Below, one piece after another: positions 48,067-58,348 of a stretch of DNA of 64,000 bases. The notes under the pieces were generated by a model, which was given only the letters and a program-made list of their open reading frames with translations, was not told the DNA's origin and did not search any database. Source of the DNA: Balanoglossus misakiensis. Taxonomy: Eukaryota; Animalia; Hemichordata. The stretch covers positions 7,812,001 to 7,876,000 of the forward strand of contig CM082590.2 in NCBI GenBank assembly GCA_040954595.2, in the 5' to 3' direction. Numbering within the stretch: the stretch's first letter is position 1; each line of letters opens with the position of its first letter. A program made the position numbers and the translations under genes.

Positions 48067-48345
48067 AGGACAGATTATACAAATTCACCGGCAAAGTAAA
48101 AATACAGTCAATCAGTGACTAATGTCTGTCTAGAAAGAAGATGTAAAAACAACATCATTACTTAATACTTGCTGAGGTAGTGTAAAAGACACTAATTTTA
48201 CAAAAAATATTTTGTAAAGGCAAGAGATTACAATTCAACTAACTCTTCACAAAAAGTAAACCACATTTGATTGCATGCTGGATAAATAATGTTAAACTTC
48301 TCGGTTCCTTTGAAATAATTTAGAAGATGATGTTTCCATGGCGAC

Positions 48346-51300
48346 TCATTTACCCGGTTCAAATGGGTTGTTGTCGTCGCTGTCGAGTGACCCTAGTGTG
48401 TGGTTGACCGTGCGGTGGTGTGCTTCGTCTGCGCGGATTACTTCGATGACATCACGCATCATGGCGTCCGGCTAGAGGAGGGAGGGGGAAGAGGGGGGGG
48501 GGGGGCATAAAAGAATATAGTTATTCTGTCTTTTCAAATTTCCAAGCAGTGAATTATCTACTAGTATTTATATGGTTATCTCTCTTCGAATATCAGCAGC
48601 TATACATGTACACCTCTTTCATGAGTCTAGCGCCCTCACACAGCCGTCATGAATTTGAACTCAAACCTAGGCCAATATGGAGAAGTTGATCAATCACATT
48701 CATGAGAGCTGTGTCTACAAGTGGGATGGAAGTTGTATGTGGTCGAGCGTTGATGCACTGTATATCCACATGTAGAATAACATAAACGGTGTCTTGTATC
48801 AAACATAATTAATGGGAAAAGGGCAGCGAGAGAGACTTTGTGACTTCTTTAAAAGGGTATAGTGCATTCATCATTCAAATAACAAACAAAAATTTGTACT
48901 TACAGGAAGTTTCCAATATTGAATGGCCATTGGTGGAGCTGCAGACTTCTCCCATATTTTGAGATTACCCTTATCAAAGTCCTGCAAGGGAAAAATATGA
49001 AAATTAATATTTCAGATTAAAAAAAATTAAGTTAGCTGACCATTCTAGGGGTTAAGAAAAAAACCTGTTAGGCTAATGCATTTTCAATCAGGAAAAAAAT
49101 TATTCGAACTGTAAGGTAAAAGAGGTGAGAAATATTTCATGGTTTGTGATTGGCAAAGTTCCTAAGGGATACGAAATGCTAATTCTAGCTTATGAATGTT
49201 TATGACCTATGGTGATCCCACTTGTAGACACGAGAGTGAAAAACTCGCCTAAATGAATAATTGGTCTCTATCATTTATTCCTTTGGGCGAGATTTTTACT
49301 CTCATATCATTCAAGCAGGATGGAAGTTGTGTGTGGTTAAACGTTGATTCACTATATATCCACATGTAGAATAACATAAACGGTGTCTTGTATCAAACAA
49401 AATTAATGGAAAAAGGGCAGCGAGAGAGAGACTTTGTCCCTTTAAGGTGAAAGATCACAAAACATACTGATACCTGTAAACACTTTGAATAAGTCACGAC
49501 AGCCTCTTCTTCTAGATATCCAACAAAACGATGACAGAATCTCGGACTAATTAGGTATGCAACTGAAAATGCACTCACAAACACACCTAGAAAGAAAACA
49601 CAAAATATTCTCATAAATTTCTGTAAGAACTATAAACTGTTTTGACCTGAAACCAAATTTTTATAACTCTCAAAACTATGACAACACAACTGAAATATAC
49701 CAGTATTCCCTTGTTATTGTAGTTTGATCAATATAAATGAGATGTTTTGGACTATTCCACATAAAATAGGGGTGGACCAGTACTTACCCTGTGCCCCAAT
49801 GACAGACCACTTGAAAATTCGACCAGGTTGTTTGATTTTCAACGCTGTCATCAAGTGCATTCGCTCATTTTCAGCCTCCTCTAAAAAGAAAAGAAAATGT
49901 GAAGAATCTCATCTTTTCATTACGGTGGTTTGACCCAAGTTCATTGTTTTCTATGGTAAGGCTGGACTTCGATAAAGAGAACTAGGGGTGGAAGCTGGAC
50001 TAAGTGAAGGGGCTAAAGATGTCAATATCTTCTGAATATGCTGAATATCTTGTATTGAATATATTCTATTGTAGTTTTGGCGCAAGCATTGTGATTGGAT
50101 GATCCTGACTGTGCACAATGTGTCAAGCAATCTGATTGGTTACCTAGTAAAGTGTGAATCCATCCGTGATCTCGTTTCATTCTCCTGAGTGAGTGTAGAT
50201 GTCTGACCATAGCAGCCACCATTCCGGGCACCCCGGCAACCGTTTCTAAGAAAATAATTCTCCTAAAAATCATGAAAAATATAAATAAAGTTGAGTTAAA
50301 TTAAAACATTACGTGTAAAGAAGACCAATATGGAAACAATAATGAACTTAGTTAGTGTATTCAAACATGCACACCTCTTTAGCCTATGTCCCCCATTCCG
50401 AGTATGTACTCATTCAACAACAATTGCATTGGGACAAACCATAGAGGTGAATGGGTAAAAACGGAATTTTCCCTCACCGTAGCCACATCTGCTCGTTGCG
50501 CTTGCCGAATTTGTATCCAGAAAAGAAATCAAATAGAGTTCTCATTGTCTGTACAGAGTAATACGCCAACTATTGAAATAAACATACAACAAAATAAATT
50601 CAAGTATAAATGTACAAAGTTCTGACACATTGAAAAACAAAAGTAACACTTATCAGAGAAATTGTCCATAGAGGGCGCTGTCTGGGCAAGAAATTTTCTT
50701 GGGATCTTGTCACTCTCAAAATAAGGCCAGTTCAAGATGATAAGAGAGAAAAGTACGATATTTCAACAAAAAAATAAAATCCTTACTTTATCAGCAAAAG
50801 TTTTTGGTGGCCTATGACTGATCTGCACTTCACTCAACTCCTTTTCTGACCTGGTGTATTAGGCGACAGAAAATAAAAATGTCAAAAATCAGAAAGATGG
50901 ATAATGCTATTTTCATATTATGTTACTCAAAGTTGAGTTCATGTCCATGCTAGCAACTGTGGACCCATACCTGCCTATGGGAGGACACCCATCCTCCAAC
51001 CCCCATTTCCCTATACAGAGGTCCAACTTTGCCACTGAAAACAATGGGATTGGGCAAAACCATGGTGGTGAGAGGTGATTATATGAGAAACTACACATTC
51101 TTCATACATACGGTAACTGTTGTGTGTTTATGATTCACTGCTCACCAGATTGGATGAGGCAATGTGTACATTGTCGTGTCTGACGTCTTCAATTTCGCCT
51201 CTTGGTTTTCTTTGTGTGCTACCCTGTGAAAAATATGAATGTTTGATTAGAGAAGCTAAAAATATATTTTTCATTTGATTGAGAATATTTTATATTATAC

Positions 51301-52650
51301 TAAATCAATTCTTTTTAAACATCTTTATATTCAATAAAAGTTTTTTTTATTGCTATTAAAGGGACATTAGCTGTAACTTTTGGTTTTATTTCTAGTATTT
51401 TTTGTTCAATGTATCAGATACAATTTCTTGTTCTACTCCAAACAGAATGCTAATATACCAAGTACTCCGCTTGTCAACATAGCCTGTATGTGTGTAATGG
51501 CCACTATTATTGTTGACAAATTAATTCTAGTACCTGAAAATAAAGTTAAAAGTTACAGCTAATGTCCCTTTAAGCTTCCCAACAAAGCCTGTACATGAGT
51601 AATGGACAATCTTATCTCTTTACCTGAAATGCTGGAAATCTTTGTTACTAAATTTCTTCTGTAATTCCTCCTTCTTATGTTGAGGCATGGCCGATGAACA
51701 CATCCATCTTGACTGTGAAGGTGTGGATAAAAACAATGATGAACAAAAGGGATATAACAAAAATGATATGCTAATTTGTGGTCATTTAAAGGGACATTAG
51801 CTGTAACTTTTGACTATTTGTTATTACTTGTGTTCTGTGTACTAACTCCAGTTTCCTATGCTTGCCCACACATAATGCTCAAGTGTCCAGTATTCTGCTT
51901 GTCAACGTAGCCTACACATGTGAAATGATCATTGCTATTGTTGACAATTGAATTCTAGTCCGGACTAGAATACAAACTTTCAACAATAACAATGCAGATT
52001 GTACTCATATAGGGCATGTTAATTATGAACAAAATACTACTGGACATTTCATCATGGTTCAGGGATTCCAACAAGAAACTGTAGTTGATACATAGAACAA
52101 ACAAAATAAGAAAATGACCAAAAGATACAGCTAATGGATCTTAAACACACCAGTCTGAATTCTTAGATCTAGACAAGGGTAACTATGGAAATCTATAGCA
52201 AGCCAACAAGTATTCATCAAAACAAGTGCCCTGTTATATAACCCCTGTTTACTGACTGTTCTGTAACTTGAAAAGTTCTTGCCCGATTTCGACCAAACGA
52301 AGAGCATTTTGCATCTTTATATATCCAACATTTCTGCAAAAATCACTTTTATAATTATTTTACCAAAGCTTCTTTGGGTGAACCCCCCAAAATAATTAAG
52401 TATGAATTGATCTTGCTGGGTGTCTGCGGCCCTACCACACCCTTGATGATAAGGATATGCGAGTATTTCTTACCGTAACACAGGGAAATACGTGCTTTGA
52501 GTTTAAGCCGGTTGAGAGATGACCTCTTTTCAGGACACTAGCACTCACGTCTTTAACAGAGAATATTCCTGTGAATCGACTAGACGACCCGAAAAGCGAT
52601 ATTCTAGTCACTTTACCAGCAGCGGATCGTAGAGCTTGTAACTTTGCCAT
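48346..52650 (-). CDS. AOX: Mitochondrial alternative oxidase (ubiquinol oxidase), animal type, 342 aa
   Basis: Ten phase-consistent exons: 52650-52474, 51712-51624, 51223-51146, 50850-50787, 50569-50478, 50262-50144, 49880-49788, 49586-49474, 48981-48904 and 48471-48346. Di-iron motifs present: [32 protein letters not shown] and IRADEAHH. Also PHPIW, the C-terminal animal signature NPFEPGK, and a basic Ser-rich N-terminal presequence. Confidence 0.97.
50664..50680 (+). promoter_or_regulatory. CTCF-like motif in AOX intron 4
   Basis: GTCCATAGAGGGCGCTG resembles the CTCF consensus. Motif match only. Confidence 0.4.
51356..51573. mobile_element. TTAA-flanked MITE (Kolobok-like ends) in an AOX intron
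   Basis: TTAA-AGGGACATTAGCTGTAACTTT...AAAGTTACAGCTAATGTCCCT-TTAA. A related longer copy lies at 51786-52144. Confidence 0.75.
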
Positions 52651-53171
52651 GACTTTGCCGCTATCGCTGGATCTCTTCCCTGTCTGAGAATGCAAATTCC
52701 GAATTGCGTCGTTGAAATTGTCTCGGTGCGTTTATATCTCACGACTTTCCTATCGAATGTTGCGAAATGAGGGATTCCCTTCTGTATGTTGCAATCCCAA
52801 TGACGTCACAGCGGGGGACGCACACCGTGCCACGCCCCTAATTAATTATAAATTGACCAATCAGAATGCGGCTTGTAAGAAAAATGGCGGCTTGGGGATG
52901 ACGGCTTATGAAATCAAACATGGCGTCCCTATCTTACTATATATATATCAGGGTTAATCGATTTCAGAAAAATAAGAACCATGAAACAAATTGTCCATGT
53001 TTATTACACTATGTATTTCAATTTGGTTCAACTACACACTGTGGATATATAACTCGACAATCACAGACTGAAACACAGCGATATTGAACATGACGGTGGA
53101 TTTTGAATAACCGACTTAGGTGGTTCTTAGTCTGAAAAAATGCCAAGTTGACATTTCACCTCTGGTCTGCT
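52651..53171. promoter_or_regulatory. Bidirectional promoter region shared by AOX and PCTP
   Basis: Divergent starts ~520-650 bp apart. Contains a CRE palindrome TGACGTCA (52801-52808), CCAAT boxes (52797, 52857) and YY1-like AAAATGGCGG (52881) and AACATGGCG (~52917). Confidence 0.65.
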
Positions 53172-53630
53172 ATGAGTTCATTGTACCGGTATCCGCAAAC
53201 ATTGGTGCTATCGAGCATTGTCACTTGGGCGCTGATTTCCCGTTTTAAGCAAGTTCCCTTGAATAGAATCAAATTCGGCGCCATCCCACGGACACCTAAG
53301 ATGGAAATCCAACCATCAGTGACGATGTTCCCCGAAGACAAGTTTACAAAGTCGTGTGAGGATCTCGAAAACCCGAATCTCGATGGATACGAATTCTTCA
53401 CCGAATCACACGGAATTAAAATTTACCGACAATATATTGAGGTAATGTTTGTCTTGTATCATTTTATCGTTGTGTCAATGTCAATTGTTACTTCCTGTCG
53501 GAATCAGTATATCACTATGAAATCATGACTGCAAATAAAAATATTCATAAATTAATTATTAATTCCAATAACATAAGATTATATAAATGTATATGTATTT
53601 GTACATGTATAAATGTAAGTACATACACAC

Positions 53631-53661
<31 letters not shown>

Positions 53662-53732
53662 TGTATGTATGTATGTATGTATGTATGTATGTATGTATGT
53701 ATGTATGTATGTATGTATGTATGTATGTATGT

Positions 53733-53830
<98 letters not shown>

Positions 53831-55985
53831 GATTAATATACAGTGAGATGAGATGGGAAATTTACTTCAATAAAGTGATACTGCTTTTAATATAATTTTG
53901 TAATTTTCGTTTTTGTTGCATTTTTTTGACAGGAGTCTGGCCTTTATGAATACAAGATATTTGGAACATTGGAAGGGATTGATCCGGAAATCTGTGTTCA
54001 AGTTTACATGGATCTTGAGTATAGGAAGGAATGGGACAGCTATGTCAATGGTCAGAATGTTTAAAGATTGACTTACATCAAATTTGATTAGCATGAATTT
54101 TTTAAAATTTTGATTAAAGGTCCACGATCCATAAAGAACTTGCCAATATGGTTTTAAACAATACAAAATGTTTCTTTTTTTCTTTTTATGCAGAGTTGAA
54201 GAATGTTACAGAGAATGGTAAGGTTGGAGTCTACTGGCAAGTCAACTTTCCTTTTCCGATGTCAAACAGAGATGTATCCTTTATTATTGGCAATTTTGTC
54301 GCTGCAATATTAATTAGATAATGAATATATAAAGTGGGCCATCCCAAGCAGAAAGTGGTCTTATGGTCATAAGTATATCGTGCTCCCATAAGACCCCTTT
54401 TCTGCTTGGGATGGCCCAAGTAGTTTATGAATATTAATCAGATCATGTGTATAAATTAGATTTTGAATATTAAAGGGACAATGTAGACCACTTTTTGTAT
54501 CAGATAAAATTGACCAAAAAAGGTAAAACGAGAGTGACTTTGTCCCTTTAATTTGTTTTTTTTTTCTATGAAGGTGTGACCAACTATTTAGGGTAATCTT
54601 TGTAGAGTCTGAAAACAGGTGGTTTACATGATTATGTTTACTACACATACTGTAAAACACTTTATTTTCGCGAGCAATTAATTTTCGCCAAATACGTGAG
54701 AGCCAAAATAGCGTGAAGATGAAAAGTCGCGTAAATTGTTTTTGAAGATAACGATGCAGTGAATGAAATAAGAGAACATGAAAATTAATACTTGCGAAAC
54801 AGTGGCCTCTCTCGGTATCACGAAAATTTCAACTCGCAAAAATCAAGTGTTTTACAGTACCTCAGAAATCAACAATATTGAATGTTGAAAATAATGTGTC
54901 AGTTTTTCCTGATGTACCTTAACTGCAGAGCACAGTATGTGTATATGAGACAGCTGAAAGAATTTGATATTGATGATAAACACATCTGGGTGATTCTGGG
55001 GAAAAGTGAACCTTTCGACTGTAAACCAGAACGAAAGAGTGTCATTCGAGTGAACGACTTTCAGCAGAGTATGGTGATACGGTCCGACGGGAAAAAGGGC
55101 ACAAAAGGTAAGTAACTATGGCGATACAAACTCCTGAGTGTACACAAACCAAGATACCCTTTTCACAAGTCTAGCGCCCCCACACAGCCATCATGAATTT
55201 GAACTCAAAGCAAGACCAGTTGACCAATCACATCAAGGGGATTTCCCCATTGGCCTCTCTTTGAGTTCAAATTAATTCACTTTTATGCCACCCACTGAAA
55301 ATCTCTGATTGGCTAGATCTCATTTTGCCATGGTAACAGTGGTTAATTTTATTTTTCACAGGTGACCTCATTATTTTAACTAACTGTTCGTAAGTTACAT
55401 CATGTATTACGTGTATTCTTAGTATGGTAACTTGTCAATTATTTACTCTTTCAGCATTCATGCATTACTATGACAACCCAAGAGGTATGATCCCAACTTG
55501 GCTGATCAATTGGGCGGCAAAGGTAAGCGTCCTCACAAGGCAAATCATAAACTTGGCAGACATTACTGGTTTAGTTACTTTTACTTAGTTACTGGTATTG
55601 ACCCAAAAGTCAGCCATTGAACACCCCCATATCCCTCCGTAGTGGTTCAACCCTACCATAAAACCAACAGATTTGGCCCAAACCATGGTTGAACTTAGGT
55701 GTTCGTTTTCTTGACCAGGGTTTGTACTAGATGCAATGATTGTAGCGGGTGCTGCTAGGTTGACTGGTGTGTTTGCAGCCTACGAACACACCACTCAACC
55801 TAGCAGCACCCGCTACAATCATTGCATCTAGGTTTCTACTTGCTCTGACTTTGGCTCTGGTGATTTTTGGAGTGAGACTTGTTTCTGTGTGAATTATTTT
55901 TCAGACTGGAGTACCGAAGTTTTTAACCGATATGGAAAAAGCGTGCCGAGGTTATCCGGATTATTTGAAATCGAAAGAGTCATAA
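53172..55985 (+). CDS. PCTP: Phosphatidylcholine transfer protein (StARD2/PCTP-like START-domain protein)
   Basis: Exons: 53172 (or 53301/53325)-53441, 53933-54050, 54194-54273, 54936-55107, 55455-55522 and 55905-55985. Motifs: SGLYEYKIFG, YMDLEYRKEWDSYV, YWQVNFPFPMSNRDYVY, YYDNPRGMIPTWLINWAAKTGVPKFL. Length is 219 aa from 53301 or 262 aa from 53172; the start codon is uncertain. Confidence 0.92.
53632..53830. repeat. Compound microsatellite (TATG)n(TAGA)n
   Basis: Directly visible in PCTP intron 1. Confidence 0.98.
54274..54935 (+). other. U12-type (minor spliceosome) GT-AG intron in PCTP
   Basis: 5' site GTATCCTTT at 54274. Branch site CCTTAAC at 54917-54923, 12 nt before the end of the intron (AG at 54934-54935), with no polypyrimidine tract in between. 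Confidence 0.9.
54648..54859. mobile_element. MITE family A inside the PCTP U12 intron
   Basis: Same TIRs, TA flanks. Confidence 0.85.
55727..55831. repeat. Near-perfect 105-bp hairpin in PCTP intron 5
   Basis: CTAGATGCAATGATTGTAGCGGGTGCTGCTAGGTTGA...TCAACCTAGCAGCACCCGCTACAATCATTGCATCTAG. Confidence 0.9.
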
Positions 55986-57856
55986 GACCGTCAACCAATC
56001 CTGTTCGTCGTTACATAAGTCTGTTCCAACAAGACTATGGTTGCTATGACAGCACCCAATCCATTTCCTTGGTGCTGGTTGGCTGGGAAACTAAGATAGC
56101 TTTTGATTGTCCTGGGGCGGCCATTTTGGTTGTCGTGTTTTTGGGTCTTGGGAACCAAGTCTATTGCATTTATAGGCTCTACTGGCCAACCAATCTGATT
56201 AAAATCAGATTTAGGGTACGGGTTGTCTTTTACTTGCTCACTACAGTATAAGAATACCATACCACGCAAGTAAAAGAAGTCACAGTACCCTACATCTGAT
56301 TTTAACCAGATTGCAGCCCAACAAACCATCGGATGACAAAGTAAAAGGGCACAAGTCTGTTGTATTTTAATATTTATTCTGAAGGGTATTTAGCTTTAGG
56401 AAACTTGTGTCAATACTGTGACAGTGTTTCTGGACTTAATCAAGACTATATTATCAAAATGCTGCCAGCTGATTTTTAAATGGTGAAATTTGATTCTCTT
56501 TTCTCGGAGACAAAAAATCTCATCACATCATTACACTGTATCATGTTTCCTCTGAGAATTTTAATGATAAAAAATCTTACATGGTTTTAAATTCATCAGC
56601 AATAATGTTAATTAAGAGCCGTTGATATTGTAATTTTTAAATGCTATTTTAGTGGATATTTACATATTTGCATAGAGTACACAGTTAAGCAGCTGCAGTA
56701 TTAAGAAAAATCTCAGTAGTGTATTTTCTTCATTTTTTGTTCCGGGTTCATGGTTTATTGTTCACTTTTGACATTATTTTGCTTTTTTTAGTTTATTTTG
56801 ATAGCTTAGTTATGTTGTTCATCTCACTGAAATATGCTTATACATGTATGCATTGAAATACTGTGTCCTGGTAAAAGTCTGAACATTCTCACATACCAGA
56901 GTCACCTAGCATTTTTTTCAGTTTTCCATAGGTTTCAAAACTCTCTCAGATAAAACTTATGATCATTGACGCACAAATATGAGAATTGACAGATTTAAAC
57001 TGACATTCCAACTGTGTCTATCGGCAATCTTCCATATTGTTTTCCAGAATCACATTCTTCGAATCATCAAGAATTTCAGACTTTTAATTATAGGGAGAAA
57101 GTGATTGATACTTTTCTTTTCACTTTCACATCAATCTGTCGGCACTGATTCAAGATTATAAGTAATGCAATAATTTTAATAGTTTTCTTATTTTTCACAT
57201 TCAAGTGATTAATTTTAAATCAGGGATTTGTTTTTATTTAATTACCTTATTTTAACGAATCAATTTACAGAAAAAAAAGGATTAGTGAACAAGTCATTGT
57301 GTATGTGATTTGTGAAGTTTTTAGTGATGGCATTAGATATGCAATCTTTGTTTCAATAAAACGAAAGAAAACAGTGTTTGTTGTACTGCAGTGTTTGTTA
57401 ACCCCATTTTATATTTGTATATGGGTGCTGTATCTTGAAAATAGGCCAGAGAACACATGTATATGTATTATAACACAAACCATGACGTTACCTATATATT
57501 CACAACTTGAACATCGGGTGTGTTATCCAAATGCAAAATCAAAATGACACCAAACTCCCCTAAATAACTGGTTATATTACCTTAAATAAGACAGCAAAAA
57601 TTCTTGGTTTTGAATTTTCCTGGTCATATGAATCAGTTCCCAATATATTGCTATAAAATTTGAAGATTTTTTCTCCTATAGGAGAGCAACCATGAATGTG
57701 TAACCCAACTTGGATCAAATTAGTTTGGAAGCGGGTAATGTTTGGCCCTGTTTTCCTGTAATATTCACAAGAATTTATAAAACTTTAGATTTACAAGTTA
57801 CTCAATAAGTTTTAAGAGTTTGTCCCTATGTGCTGAAGTTCTTTGGAACATACGCA

Positions 57857-57962
57857 CCCAATCTGATTAAAATCAGATGTAGGGAACGGCGACGTGGTTT
57901 TTTTTAGGCAACAGCATAAAAAAACACGTCGCCGTTCCCTACATCTGATTTCTATCAGATTG
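57857..57962. mobile_element. Short inverted-repeat element with CCAATCTGATTAAAATCAGAT ends
   Basis: Related copies at 56190-56312 and ~11140-11230. Confidence 0.6.
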
Positions 57963-58329
57963 ATACGCACCCTGAGAATTATTTATTATCAATCACGTGA
58001 TCTGGCCATGTGCCCCACGGCGTTATCATTTTCATATGACGGGCACGCAATATTTCGGCATCCAGTAAAAGTTTTTCCGAGTATGTCTTTACTTTTAAAA
58101 ATAGGCATTTTCATGCACAGCCGTGGTTCTTACCCAAAAATTGTGGTTCTTACGTTTTACAGCCTACAAAGTCAAAACTACTCAAGCTTCTAGCTGACAA
58201 AGTCCTATTTTCAGTCGATGTGGTGATAAGTTCTCTTTAAAAGTTAACAATTATCGTAATTTATCTCTCCGAAATCACCAAGGTTATCGAAGAATAAAAA
58301 CAAAAGAAGCGCGTGTTCACGGAAAAACA

Positions 58330-58348
58330 CTGCGCCCTCTAGAGGCCA
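58330..58348 (-). promoter_or_regulatory. CTCF-like motif between the convergent PCTP and SH3BP5 genes
   Basis: Minus strand reads TGGCCTCTAGAGGGCGCAG, a close match to the CTCF consensus. Confidence 0.5.

Noticed and set aside
33548-48118. Giant ORFs (2456, 1213 and 1113 aa) as a real repeat-protein gene
   Set aside because: They coincide with the 87-bp satellite, are broken by frameshifts, show no synonymous bias, the first starts at GTG, and none has a unique domain. Kept only as a low-probability finding.
48346-52650. AOX as contamination or recent horizontal transfer
   Set aside because: It has nine canonical introns containing the same MITE families as the neighbouring genes, plus the animal-specific C-terminal motif.
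53525-53740. ORF with MYVC repeats
   Set aside because: It is a (TATG)n microsatellite in an intron.
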